Positions 39,040-53,300 of a stretch of 64,000 bases of DNA are shown in pieces. Under the pieces are notes generated by a model that was given only the letters and a program-made list of their open reading frames with translations, had not been told where the DNA came from and did not search any database. This DNA comes from Marsupella aquatica (taxonomy: Eukaryota > Plantae > Marchantiophyta). The stretch's first letter is position 1, and each line of letters begins with the position of its first letter. The translations under genes were made by a program, and so were the position numbers. The stretch is from assembly GCA_973895155.1 (NCBI GenBank), contig OZ316892.1:758917-822916 (forward strand). Reading direction: 5' to 3'.

Positions 39040-39345
39040 GATTTTCAGTAAGATTTATATAGTAACAAGTAGATTTTTGGTTTTTACCAAGTAAAACTGT
39101 AAGTCTTGGTAATTTTCAAAATTTACCATAGTAAATAATTATTTTTAGAATTTACCATAGTAAAAAGGTAAATTTTGGTAACTTCTAAAATCTACCATAA
39201 TAAATAGTAATTTTTAGAATTTATCATAGTAAAAAGATAAATTTTGACAACTTTTATAATTTATCATAGTAAAAAAGTAAGTTCTAGAACTTATTGTAGT
39301 AAAAAAGTAAGTTCTAGTAAATTTTAGTAAATTTTAGTATCTTCT
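39040..39345. repeat. Degenerate AT-rich tandem repeat (tttaccatagtaaa core)
   Basis: About 8 copies of att(t)a(c/t)catagtaaa...tt(c/t)taga. Confidence 0.65.
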
Positions 39346-40338
39346 AGGATACTCTTGTAAAGGGACCAGTCTGGTCTGGCCTCAACTGTAAATAAGAGGG
39401 AGACTCGCTCTCCCATGGGAGTCTATTTTCCAGCATTTTAATCGTATGAGTGTGAGGATAGAGAGTGCATAGAGTGCATGTTGTGTGCATTTGTATTGGA
39501 GGACTACTTGAACATAGGTTCTAGGACTAAACATAATGGTTATGTAGTCAGTTTTTATGGTAGAAAGATTCTAAGTTTCTTGATTCTTAGTCATGAAAGG
39601 CATTGCCACCACCCGAGTACCTTGAAGATGAAGCTTTGAATTTGGCAAGGTCGACTAAGCCGCCAATACCATAGATATAATGTCCACAAACCTATGATCA
39701 AGTAGGGACGACTCTGCCACTGAACCTCTCTTAGTTAGAAAACATACAGGAAGTATGAATGTCAATTTTGATTTGAATGACAGTGCACAAATTCTGAATT
39801 TGCGTTCTATTGTGAGCATTAAGTTGATAGTAAAGAGGAAAGTAGATATTAGGTAGGTTCTTACACAGAAGTTTGGGGAAGAAGGATACACTGTAATTAT
39901 CGCATTGTTGGATCCATTAATACTCTATAGATGCACTAATGAGGATGTGAGTGTTTTCATAATAGTGTAAATAGATGAGAGATCATAGTCAAGAGTTGAA
40001 AGAAGCACGTAGAGAAGATTATCGCTCAAAAAATAGATTTGTGGAGTGTGAGCCTAGCCCCGACTACTCTAGTGTTATTGCCAATATTTGGAGTAGATCA
40101 CACATATTTCTTGGTACCAAAAGTGTTTAGGAGTCCTTGCAAAAAAGGGTATGCCCTTCCCACCCAACTTATTTGGAGAAAATCGCAAGAGGCACAAGGG
40201 AACCCAAGAAACTTGAGAAATCGTTGGGAGGGGACAAGGCTCTCAAGGGAATTGGTTCTAAGCATGAGGTCTCTTACAAGTGATAAATAGCATAATTAGC
40301 ACATGCAGCCAGACACCCGATGTGCTCTTGAAAGCTTA

Positions 40339-40560
40339 CTATTTCCAAGACAACGGTGTCTCCTCATTGAACTTGTAGACAATTGCTTCTATCAAGTAAC
40401 TCTTTAGGTAACTCGTCACATTCTTTCCATCAAATTGGCCCTTTCCTTCATAAGTCATTATGCCCGCATCTTTGGTCTCTTTTTCAGCCTCAATCTCTTC
40501 CTTCTTTATAGTCTGCATCATTGTCATGATAATGTGGGAAATTGATCAATCTCATTGTTA
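40339..40560 (-). pseudogene. Gypsy-type gag N-terminal fragment
   Basis: GKGQFDGKNVTSYLKSY resembles the FDGxNxTxFLxxY gag motif. Confidence 0.5.
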
Positions 40561-41109
40561 TCATTCATCTCTCCTAATCGCCCCAAGGTATCCCCAATAT
40601 GGTTGCCAATATTGCATGGATTGAAAGTAGGGATTACCTTGGGTAAACAAATTGTTTATGGCTACGATCAAGACAAGTGATGAACAAAATTTTGGGTCCA
40701 AACTCAAACACTTTTATTTTTGAAAGTCACGATCACTACAATGAGTGCCTTTAAGCAAGTCACTTGTAAAAGTCTGATGTCTGATCCTGTGATAGGCCAC
40801 TATCTATCTTCCATTGAGTTCTCATTCTCTCAAAAAGCTATCAAGTCCAAAATCCACAAAAAGTTCAATTCCTCAAGTGCTCAAGCTCAAAACTTTGATC
40901 ATACTCAAGATCTATGGGATCTCATCACCAACGGTCCAAAACTCAAGCTTATTGGCTCACGATTAGTAGCATCCAAACTCCAAACTCCACAAAATGATCG
41001 ACTCCACTAGATTGAGCCAAAGCCCAGCCCTCAAATACGCCTTAGAAATAGCATCCCCACCCAACGAGCCACCGCCAAGCGGGTTCATCTTGGAGGGAGT
41101 CAACCTCAG

Positions 41110-41832
41110 CAATCGGCTTGCCCGTGGCCACGTACCATTGCGGTTGCCAAACTCACTATGCATTGGATGAGGGAGAATGTCTATAAAAACATTCTCCATT
41201 CAAAAAATGCGTGCCACTTGAAAGACCCAAGGGGTTGAACACCTTTCTGCCCTTCCATAAAACACTTGTCGGTTCTACGTCCAAGACATGACGGAGTTTA
41301 TCCAAAACTTTGACAAAGCCCAACACGAAACCCGTGCGCAAGGACAAGTAATGTCCTTAAACAAAGTATGTCTCAAGCTCATCTTTGGCCTAGTACTAGA
41401 AGGAAGGGATTGGGTAGAATCATGGGCACTAGGAGGCAAGGGAGCCAAATATCATTTGTTCACACCCAATGGATCAGTTGACAATGGCTTCCTTATGCGG
41501 AGGTGTTTCATCCTAGAGGTAGTAGAGCGGCTAGAGTTTCAGTGGTATGCGCTCCACATGATGGAGCCACGGGGAGAGATATCCGTTGCCTAGGTAATTC
41601 AGGTAGAGAATTATTGGCCTAGGAAGTGGGTCTCTTGCTTTGTTAAGAAGTTTCACGAGGAGATGGAGCAGCAAAGAAAGAAAGGCGTACCTAGCCACAC
41701 ACATCAAAATCATCATGGAGTGGTACACTCATTTTGATCGTCAGAATTTCTTTGATACAACAATCCCAAGATCATCCAATCCCGGTGGGTTTTCCCAGTT
41801 TTGGAGAGACAAGCCCAACCCGAAGCCCAAAC
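41110..41832 (+). repeat. Dispersed repeat (decayed retroelement accessory ORF), copy B, cut by solo LTR 2
   Basis: MTEFIQNFDKA...LKLIFGL..GRDWVESWA shared with 34540-34915; the Pro-rich sequence resumes after 43840. Confidence 0.65.
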
Positions 41833-43840
41833 TGTAGTATTGTACTAAGGACATAAATCAGCATTTAATATCCAAAACTCGGTATTCGATCCCATGGAAG
41901 AACAAGAAAGGAATGATTTTCTATCGTTTAACACTTATGAATGACCAAGGTCACAAAAAACACAGGTTTGAGTCTTTTACTATGATTGCTCAGCAAGGCA
42001 TAGATTTGAATTTTTGCTTAACATTGTAAATGCAATTAATAAAATGGAAACAAATAACAAAACACAATGAAATCTTGAGGTATGATGAGGGAGTCTGGAA
42101 AACACCAAGGTAACTTCTCATCAATACTTCATTTGATGTGATTTGGGTGGTATATCCGTAAGAACATTTCTGGAATGGTTTACTGTACTAGGATGATTAC
42201 TAAAATGCCGTCAACACGTCTCAACTTTTCCTTCCAAAGGTACTCAGAAGAAACTAGTAATCAATCACTTCGATATCCAGTCGGTACTCTGAGTCACGAA
42301 TAATAAACACCATCATGATCAAATTGAAGTCACAGGTAATTGGTGAGTAACAATCTTTGCATCCCATGCACAAGCAATGTCACGCCAAAAACTATGCATC
42401 AAGAACTCAAGAAGATGGGTTGTCACCACTTAAGGAATCTATTCCCTCATACTTCTGAGATTCAACTTCATACAAGTAATTTTACTTCAATGATCTAAAC
42501 TCTCAATCATTCAGACCAAGGAAGGGAGAAGAATTCCTTTTGCATTTGCAAGCAAAGGTGATTCCAGTGCTGCAGCACATGCCACAGGCACTACTTTATT
42601 TCTTCACACATGAAAATGACACAAATTCTACTTCATATAGGTTAGCAGGAACCCAAGGAGACTGAGATACTGAAAGGACATGCCCTTTCATATCTAAAGG
42701 GTCTTGAATAAACTTAATGACGATCATCCTTGAAAAGTGAATGGACACTGCTGAAAGTGTCAAAAATGCAGGGGACGCTTCTCAAAGCGTCGAGGTTTGA
42801 GCGGACGCTTTGCAAAGCGTCGGTGTTTGCGGTAAAACTAATAAATAGTGATCTTAATCTAATTTTAACTTCTAAACTAAGAGGCGGAAGGAGTTGAAAC
42901 TTTTCTAGGGTACTCTACTACATATAGTCTATATGCTGGCAAAGTTTCATACTTTTCTGAGATCTCTAAGTGTCTCAAATAAATCGGTAAAAGTGGCGCG
43001 GTGTTATAAAAGTGCGAAAACTGAAAAATTTTCTAAGTGTCGGGAACATAGTGGACGCTTCAGAAAGCGTCCAAACCTACAAAGGACTTTTGTGGACGCT
43101 TCAGAAAGCGTCGGCTGAATTTCGAGGTTTGGTCACAGCGTCCGTCTTCTGGGCTCCGGGCGGTACGCTTCAGTGGGCGTCATAGTGTCGAGGTCACCTT
43201 CGGGGTAGCAGACGCTTCTGTGGGCGTCGCTCCTCATGTGGATTGCAGAGCGTCGGAGTACAACTGGTTGGGTGGTGGACGCTTCAGAAAGCGTCGTGGT
43301 CTTTGGGTGGACGCTTTTCAAAGCGTCCAAAAATACAAGGGACGCTTTACAAAGCGTCGGCGAAGTTGCGGCTATGCGAAAACAGCAAAACTAAATTAAT
43401 TCTAACTTTCAAACCACATGTCGGTTTGAGATGAAACTTGCAGGGATGATTTTACTACGCAACTACTACCTCCTGAAAAAGTATGAGACTTTTCTGACCA
43501 TGATAGCTATTTAACTAAAATAGCAGAGGTCGGCTGATTGTGATAATTGTATACAGAGTTCATTCTTGTTGAAAAAGTGTTTTGGAGGCCGGTTCTTGAA
43601 TCTTCTAGTCTGCATTGCTTCTCCAATGATGTCCAGTCTTCTTTCTTGGTAGCATGTAAAGAACAAGGATTTATATTGGCGATCCTTGTCCAATACAATA
43701 GCCTCCGATGAAGCATAACATTAGGTTAAGTGTTCAGTTGATCTAAATTGCTACAAAAGGTAACTAGATTGTACCTTGAGTTAGAAAAAGTTTAAAATTT
43801 ATAAAATTTCCATCATTTCTAACTAATGTACAGCATTACA
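41833..43840. mobile_element. Solo LTR, copy 2 (2008 bp)
   Basis: TGTAGTAT...GCATTACA with identical 5-bp flanks CAAAC at 41828-41832 and 43841-43845; homologous to 5145-8319. Confidence 0.92.
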
Positions 43841-45498
43841 CAAACTCTAGCACCTGCGGCCCCCACCCCTGCTCTGACCCCAAAGCTGGCTGATGAAATT
43901 CCCCCTTCCTTGCCAGGCACCATGGTTATTGCAGCCTTGGAGGCGCAAAAGCAGGCCTGGGCAATCATCTTGGACAGCCCCCTAGTAGTTGATTCCGTGC
44001 CCAAGGACCCCTTCACGGAGGAGACACCAGTATCCCCCACATTGGTCTCGACCAATCCCTCTCCCTCAACAGAACCACCGCTCCTCGTCCACACCACCTT
44101 ATTGTTGGACTTATCCACCCCCTTCCCCGACCAAGCAGAGGTAGGGCCATGCCTGAACTCCGGTGGGCATAGTCTGGTGAACCTTCTGTAATATGACAGA
44201 CCTAGGTGACGCAGTGAGAGGTTGAGTTCAAAGACTCCTATTTCAATGGTTGAATCTCCTAATAAGAATGAGGTAGAGGATTGCACGCTTGATGTTGGTG
44301 ATACAGAATATGATCATGACCAAGATCCAAATGCAAGTGTGAGCATGTTAGAGGATGATGACATGCCAAATCCTATCCCTCCACCAAAGTCTACTTGTAG
44401 TAAGGCAACTAGGGGGACTTTTGTGAGATCTTGGCCGACACCCTCTCTATACTCAACCCAAGCCCCAAGCAACGGCAATTGCAATAACCCGCAATTTAAT
44501 GCGCACAACTACAACTGGTCGCAAGCACGACAGGTGGGCACTAACTATGGCGGGTCTATGGGTGTAGGCCCCTCTTCCAACTATATGGGTCCGAGTTGGC
44601 CAAGTAAGGAAAACCATTTTTGTTTGATGTTTTCATTGAGCATAGATTGGTTGATTGTGTTCCTCAATATATGTGGGGTTGAGTATGACGGTTTGGCATG
44701 TTTGATGTGAATGGCAGACCCAATGTGGGACTATATGCAGCCCACAAATATGTATGAAGGAGGGTCAATGGGACCATCGGGGCATTTCATGGGAGGTCCT
44801 ATCTCAATGGGGATAGGATGGCAAGGTTATGGTGGGTACAATGGGAACCCAACACTAGCACCTTTAGTCCACCCAACAGAAAGTTTGCGAAAGGGAGGAG
44901 GTAGTTTCTACAATAATTCTAAGTAAAGTAATGAAATCAGGTAGTTGGCATAGACCATAAAATATTAATGCCAGTGTTAATTGCATGTCTCGTTACAGAT
45001 AACCCTATCACGCCCGCCAAGGCCATGGGGGAGGAACTCATGGATCATTTGCAACACCAAGTAGTGCGTCCAGGAGCACTAGAAGAGGTGAAGTGTGAAG
45101 ATGGATACTGTTGAAGTTGATGATGAAGATCGGATCACAACAGTGAGTAATGATGGCTCCTACAGTTCACGTCTCTGCGACAATTTGAACTTCTGGTTAT
45201 CATGGTCTAGCAAGCAACTGAAAGCAATTAAACCACAAGTACTACTACAAGAGACTCCGGGTTACCCGGAGTCTTCATAATTTCCCTCATGTGTGGCCTG
45301 ATCATCTTGAAGCGCAGTTGTGCCTCTCCTAAGCCATTGGATTTTCACTTATAGCTCCACCTATCCTACGCCATCCAATCCAATCTATGGTTCAAAACGT
45401 AGATCTCCAAGAGATCTCGTTTCACATAAAAATGAGAGAAAAAGATTCAATATTTCGTGAGAAAATATGGAAAAACAAATAGTGTAATATGATTGGTC

Positions 45499-46991
45499 GA
45501 GGTTAAGTGGAGAAATTACAAGACTGTCCGAAGAAACAAATACTCTCTGGTTGATAAACTCTTATTGGTCCGCTTACATATATTGGTCAATTGTGGAGTG
45601 CTTGGGAGAAGGTTCGGCGCTACATGATTCCTGTGACACGTGATAATGCCATTCTTGGACACTGGAGTGTGAAAGACATGATTCGTTGTTTGCGGGAATT
45701 TCACAAGGTAGCGGAAGAGAGACTTGTGGAGGTGATCACGATCTGTGGGCAATTGGGGATTCAAAGGATGAGTGATTTCTGGTGCACTAAGTGCCACATG
45801 TGGAAGAATCTGTAGTCTAGAACAGATCAATTGCGTGGCATCTCCACTGGAGACTTTAATCTATGTTGCTCTTTATTTGTTTGGTTCAAGCTTATACTTT
45901 TAGGGGTGAGGGATTTGATTCCCCTACCCATCTTTGGCGGTGGATTGACTTGGATTGTGCAATTTATCTATTTGCAATACCGAACTATAGATTGTATGAG
46001 ATGTTGCGCCCTAAAGGTTTGGATTCGACAAGATTGAACAGGATTTGGGAAATTTGCTTTACTGAAGAGGATTGGAATGGTCTTTGGAAGACCCTATGGA
46101 TGCCGGATATTTCAACACGAGGGAAAATATTTATGTGGAGAGTCGTAGACCAGGGTCTCTTGTATGGCTCTCGGGCACTGAAGATTGGTAAGTTGAACGG
46201 GAATTGTCTCCTATGTACGGATATCTTGGAAACCATCCCCCATCTCTTCTCCCACTGCCAGCATGCGCAACGTTCCTGGAGAGAGGTACAAGGCTGGATA
46301 AACGGGCTGCTTTTTGGTAGCAATATGTCACTGATAACTTCATGCAGGCGCAGACTACCCTTCACTATCTTTTGGATGTTTGTGCTGTACCAGGTCCTCT
46401 GGCATTTATGGTTGGGCATGAATACCCAAACTTTTGATAGGACTAGAAAGAGAATTTTCAATCAGCCTCTGATTATTTCAGAAACCCTTGATCACATTGT
46501 TGCAGTTTCTTCAGTTTCAGGGTCCTCTCTCAAGCACTCATGACTGATTGGTGCCCAGACCTTGTTGAAGACGGAACAAATTTGAATTTTTGGCTGAGGA
46601 TTTCGATGCATTGAATCTATTTAGATTGGCGGCCACTCCTGTTGCGGATTTGCTTTGCTTTTGTATGTAGGTTATTCTTGGCCTCACCATTCAGGTGGCT
46701 TATTCAGACTCGCTGAAGATAGTTTAGATATGATGGAACCAGACGATGTTAGGCAGAATTGAGCGGTTGTGCTATATTTTTTGAAGCTCTTTTTTCCGCT
46801 GCCTATTCTCTCTGATAGACTACTCTTAGTGCATTGCATCAATAGTGATCTCGTTGGTGGCTGTGGATTCCCTTTGGGACTGTGTACATTTCCTATTGCC
46901 TTTTTGGCCTGTCTGCCGATTGGCCTGCTGGCTCCCCTCATCCGTGGGGTTCATGTGAAAATAAAAGTGATTTTTAAAAATAAATAAATAA
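45499..46991 (+). mobile_element. 5'-truncated L1-type LINE with zf-RVT-like region, A-rich tail and 13-bp TSD
   Basis: TSD AATATGATTGGTC at 45486-45498 and 46992-47004; WKTLW...KIFMWR...CLLC....ETIPHLFSHC; tail aaaaataaataaataa. Confidence 0.92.
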
Positions 46992-47363
46992 AATATGATT
47001 GGTCAAATTCAAAATTTTAATGTTGGGGGGAAGAGGAGATATGCTCTTATCATCTCGTGAACCTCATCCGTCCACTTTAGTAGGCAATCTATGGCTCAAA
47101 TGAAAGATATCAATGAGATCTACAGATGCATTTTTTCTATTTTGAAAATGGTTGAATAGTTTTCAAATGAAAAATAAAACAAATCCAAGCCTTCCCGACG
47201 GTCAATTTGGTCTATGCTGAAATCTATAGTGTTCATTATTTTCTGCTAATAAAAATACTTTCCATCCACATAAAATGGCAGTCTACGACGCAAATGAAAG
47301 ATTTGCAACAGATCTACAGCCAGCCGTAGTGTTTTCCGTTCCGTAGTATTTCCGTTTCAAAAA

Positions 47364-50300
47364 CTAGCCCTGATTACCCATTCTTTGAACGTGAATAGCG
47401 GAGAGAACAATAAAAGAATTATCAAAATATTTTTTTGATTCATATTCTTTGAAAATTAATGAATGATAAAAAACCCATCATTTTAATAGTCATATATAAT
47501 ATATCATTCTCCTTGATGTGCACAGGCTTTTTGTATGCACATCCATGTTCTATGCGCATATGTTGTGGTGAGGCCATACTACTTATTTTTTTTAATGTAA
47601 ATATTTAAAAATTATCACATAAAATTGGCATGTATATAGATCATAATCATGTCATAAGTTTTTCCCATGTATACGATGACCATGCACATGATGACCGTAG
47701 AGTTACGGTCTAGAGGCTTCACTCTAGACCCTAGGTTGTGAAAAGTAGGTTCTAGTTCGCGCTTTATTAGTAAGATATAAATATAATATAGTAACATAAA
47801 AGCATGATATATAAGTAATTGAAATCAACGCACCTGCGATATGTCGGGTATCCATCCTCGTTCAATGTGGTGTGGGAGGCAAAAGGTTTTGGAAAACCTT
47901 TTGAGCACACTCCATTTTTCATGCATGGAGCATTTCGCATTTGGGCACCACATGGTCCATGCATCATGAAAGTAACCACAATTTGATAAAGACTTGGATG
48001 CAAAATAGGATCTGGTATCTCCGCCGAAATAACATCATCAATCTCAGTAGCATTTTGTGGATATATTGTCCTCATAACCCATGCACATCAAAAGATGAAT
48101 GTGGCAAACCTCTTTTTTGAAATTCTATAGTATGTATCTTTGCCACACAATTACCCAAAATCTTCTGATTTTTTAGCAAATCTAACAATGTCTTCTTCTT
48201 TTGTTCAAACACCCGAGCAATCAAGTCAGAACGATTAGTTGCTTTTTGATTGCTACATACCAGCTCATCCGTGATCTCCTTCCATGTAGGATTGCATGTC
48301 ATTGTCAAGAAATAATCAGGCTTACCAAAATGCCTAACAATAGCCATGGCATCTTGAAATAATTGGTGCATATGACATGGACCTCCTATAAAGCTTGAAG
48401 GTAGTATGATGCGTCTTCTAATATCTGCTGCATGATCATGTCTCGTCACTGCATCTTGAACTCCCTGATATAGATGCGCTCTTAACTGAGGTTGATGGGT
48501 ACGTATATAGGTCAACCTCTGGCTCTCAATAGTGGCATACACATCCACCATGTACTCCTGATAAAGCTATCAAAATGTGTCAACCTACTATCATCCATGC
48601 ACTCCATAGGATTATCTTCTCGTGTATGAAGCCTAAATGAGGCAAACTCCAAAGGGGTAACATTCTTTGTGTATCTGCATGTGCATCGTTATCCATGACA
48701 TTGTCGTAGGCCCTCTCGTGAATAATATTCTCCACCACTTCCTCTTTGCTTTCCATAGCAATAGTCTCTTGCAATATAGAAGAATTATGTTTTCGAATGC
48801 CTATATGCCATCCTGCCTCACCATATGGAAATAGGAGAAGAAAATGCAAAGGAATATATGCCTGATTGAGATCAGATATACGACGTACCCCTCCTCCATG
48901 CAAATATACAATGATATCACGTGGACCAACCTCCTCACTTCCATCTCCAAGAATAATGGTTGCGACCTCCGATGCTACCGGCAAGTTATAACGTCTAGCA
49001 TCAAGACCTCTCTCACTAGCTTTCAATACAATGCGCACATTTTGACTACCAACTTCACATGCTATAGCTTGAAAAGATCGCACATATGCATTATGCTCAC
49101 GCATAAGATTCTATAATCCTCTCAAGGTCTCAATCTCAATACCATCAGTAATTACCCTGCCTCTATTTTCTATCTCGTGCTCAGTGTCATAAATGTAAAG
49201 TTGAGCAAATTTTGGGGGTTGTCCTACCTCAGGATAAAGAGGACCAATAGAATGATAGATCCCACCTTGAATGCAAAGATGTTTTATGCCACCATGTACT
49301 TCTCCGGCCATGTTAGCACCGATGGATGCAAGCTGAAGTGCTGAGTTATAAGCTCGAATATGACTCAAGAACTTCTTACTTGTTGGTCCCTCACCTGAGA
49401 CCAATGTTGCCAATAATGGAGGAAGAGATTGCAATGGTGGTAAATCCACCCTACCATGACTACAACACTTGCCAAATGGAGAGTCCTTAAATTTTGTAGA
49501 ACTCACCTTCTCTGCTGTCCAGTGCAAGGCTTTACATGATGGGCACACCACATTCATGCGTCCAAGGTAATGGTGACCACTGTCTTGATTTGTTTGACCT
49601 CGTAGTTTCAAGTGAAACACATGATACTCATCAAATGTGCGACGACGTGCTAGGTTGCTGAAAAACCAATCAAAACCAAAGATAAGCCAATTATCTCATG
49701 TTTCTTTTAAATAATCAATTCCTCAAAATCCTGTCAAATCCTAGAAATAATAAACTATTAGATCTAATAAATAGTCCAACAATAAACTTTAACAAAGTAG
49801 AAGTTTGAACTGTAAAATCAAAGAGTTCTCAACATACATAGTTGGCAGAAGGGGAACACGACTTGTGCGACGGCGTGGTGGGTTGATTGTAGTTTGTGGA
49901 GGCACTATATCATCTTCATTGTGAGACGGTTCCCTAGTGGAGAACAATAAACAACATCAAGTATTATTTACATTTCAAAGTAGAATTATATTTTGATCAT
50001 GATGTATGCAAAGAAAATAAATTTTGCTTCATACCTAGAGGTAAACCCATGTCGTGTCATAAGAGGCCAAATTTAGGCTCATTAGTTATCCTTGCACGTA
50101 TGTTTCTTTGCCCCTCGGCTCTAGCCAGCATTTGTTAATCTCGGAGGCTTCTTCGAATGAGAGGCATGGGTAACCTGTAATAATATCAATCATTCACGGT
50201 CATTTTTAAAAATGGTTGCATCATGAAATTCCAAAAAATAATAATATCTTGAAACTTACGTCGGAGATGGGTCATTTGCAACCGGTGTTAAACATTGATC

Positions 50301-53300
50301 TGAAGAAGGAAGTTGTGGAGGTTCTTGAACATTGTCAACAATAATTGGGTCCTGTGTAGTAACAAAAATGTAACTCATGAAATTATATCACAATAAGTTA
50401 TGAACTTCAATGTAAAAATTTAGTATTCCTAATGACTTGAGTAGTTGAACATGAAGATCAAATATAAGGTTTTTTTAGAAGTGCATGCAAAAAACAATAT
50501 CAAGATCTTTTAGAAAGGAAAGTTTACATGGGCACCAATGCTAAACAATTTGAATCCAAAAGTTGTGGTGGTAATTGTGCATCTCCAACAATGGGTAATT
50601 CCCTATCAAAATATATAATTAAGATTGAAATAAATATTGATAGAAATGTAACCTGGATGCAAACACACATTAAATTTTGTAAGCAAAAAGTAATATCTGA
50701 TATGAAACATTTCTGAATCCTCTGCAACAACATGAATGTTCCTTGTTTTTTCAATTGCGCGTTGATCCTTTTGTTGTCTAGCTCGTTTAGCTACTTTTTT
50801 TGCCATGATAACCTTAGCAACTTCTCCGTCTACTTGTGCGTCTAATCTTTTGGCTCATTGCCATGCACGCCATTCTCGCATATATTTGGCTTTATTTGCC
50901 TTTCTCACAGTGTCAACAGTCTCGCCAACTCTCAATGATGCTCGTGCTAGTCCCTCAAATTCATACGGCTCTTCAACTTTAGATGAGAGATCTACTCTTG
51001 CAATCGGAAGACATTCTTCTCGTGTTGGTTCATTGATCCGAATAGTTTCCCTTTCATTTATGATAAGGGTAGAATCAACATGCCTAAAAATAAAATAAAA
51101 AGTTAAATTAGATATACTGTATGATCCATTTTCAATAGCAAACAAAATTGAATTATGCATTTTGCTTATAAAATAGAGAAGAGGAGTGATGAAATTAATA
51201 ATATCTATATTAATACCTTGGAGAAGAAATGACTTGTGAAACCGTGGCTGACAAATTAGTAATATCATTCAAAACCCTTTGGTTTGCCATTGTTGTACAC
51301 ATCTAGATCATTTATATCTACAAAATAAAAGAGAACAAATTCGCCATAAGAACATGTATCAAGCATAAATGATTGCTCAAATTTATTCATAAAATGATTG
51401 TGATGCACAATCACATACAAAGCCCTGTTTTACAAGACTCAACTATTTTCTATCTCAGATGCCTCTATCTCGGACCAACATTTATTTCAGATGCCTCTAT
51501 CTTGGATGTCTCTATCTTGGACCAAAATCTATAGTTTTAGCAATCTAAACTCTGTCACTAATTCAATATGCTATGATGGTCACTTCACCATGATATCTCA
51601 CTTTGTCTTGGTGAAAGGGATAAAAGAAAAGGGTGGAGCGGAAGTGCTCAGCTCACCGCTCTCTTGTTACTGACTACTCTTTTGCATGCCCTCTAAATGG
51701 CGCTGTCTACTCTACTGTTGCTGCAACTATCGATGCCAGTGTCTCTGCAACGACCAAAAATCCATTGAGCTGGTACCAACTTGCTTCCAAGTTTGATACT
51801 ATCTCTCGACCATGAACTGCAGCACCAACCTCCTTTCTCCTAGACACAATGGCACCCATTAGCTCTAGGACTATCAACCTAGGCACCAACCTCCTCGCAC
51901 TATCAACAGGTACCAACCTCCTCGATCTTGGATGATCACCGGGAGACTGAGAAGACACTCACTTGTCTTCCGTGAATTTCCAGCTTGAGCACAGCTCTAC
52001 TCACTGAACTCTTGCCACCGGCGACCCAGTTCGCTTTCTGCTATCAACCAAGCAACAATAAAGGCCTTAAATGGTGCAAGAAAATGAATTTGATTCGAGG
52101 GCCGAATCCAAAATGCTCCATTCGCCGGGCTGCACATAAAATTGGGAGCGGACAGGGTGGAGGGAGTAAACGGAAAATACCTGAATCTGGTTGTCTGCCT
52201 GGCCAATGAAGTCAAACTCCAAACCTTCACCTCCTTCTTCAAGAATGCCTTAGTCCGCCATCGTCTTCTTCACACAGATGAAGCCACAATCTGTTTCAAT
52301 TGCACTCAAACTCCAGGAATGAAAAGTAGAGTCTCACTAGGAATGAAAAGCGAAGTGGGCATCTGGGTCCACAGCAACCATCCCAGCCTCTCCTCTCCTC
52401 AATTCTCACTCCCTTGAACACGCGGCCTTCACCTCCTTGAGTCCAGACAACACTTGAACCTAGACTCGCTACCTGCTTGAATGCTGTAGCCTTGGTTCTT
52501 CCTTCACCAAATGCCTGCCATAGCTCTCCACCTCCAAGGCTATTATGTAATTCCTCTGCAGCGCAACAGCAGCATTAGACCGGCCGAATCTTCTTTGACG
52601 TCAGGTTTGATTTATAGAAACTTCATTTTGTTTGAGGCTTCACCAAGCTAGAAGCGGGAGACATCGACTACAACGATGTAGCTCTGAACCATGGCAAAAT
52701 GACAATGTGGAATTGGAAGCAGGGCGAAAGCACTGACAGAAACATTGTAGAAGTGAGAACTGAAAAGCCGAACGCACACACAAAAAGCCATAGCGGGAAT
52801 CTTTTGTAACTGCAATTCAAAACGATTAGCCTTTTGGTGGCTGTCACAACATCCCGGTAGTACCACTGTAGCACCGATCCAGACAACACCTAAGCCTAGA
52901 CTCGCTACCTACCTGAATGCTTGCATGCTTGGGTTTGTCCTCACCAAACGCCTGCCATAGCAAGAATCCTTCACAACTGCAATTCAAAATGATCAATCTA
53001 ATAAGCAAATCTTCCTGAGTCCCTCCCAAATCCCTGCAACAAATCTTCCCGAGCTGCTCCAAGATCCCTATAGGAAATCTTCCCGAGTCCCTCCCGAATC
53101 CCTGCAACAGATCGTAACCAAGAAGAGTGCTTGCCAGCCAGCTTACTATAAGGTCTAGAGCGTTGCAAGGATAATCAAAGCACATCAATCGATGAATCGG
53201 GCAGGGCCGGCTGATGCTTCTTTGTTGCTTGCTGAAGAAAGTTTGATGACGGCTCAAGGAATTGGTCGGGCGAGATGGGCACCGACAGCAAGGAACGAAT

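Noticed and set aside
5145-43840. One giant LTR retrotransposon bounded by the two related LTRs
   Set aside because: Each LTR has its own distinct TSD (CTATT versus CAAAC) and they are diverged, so they are independent solo LTRs
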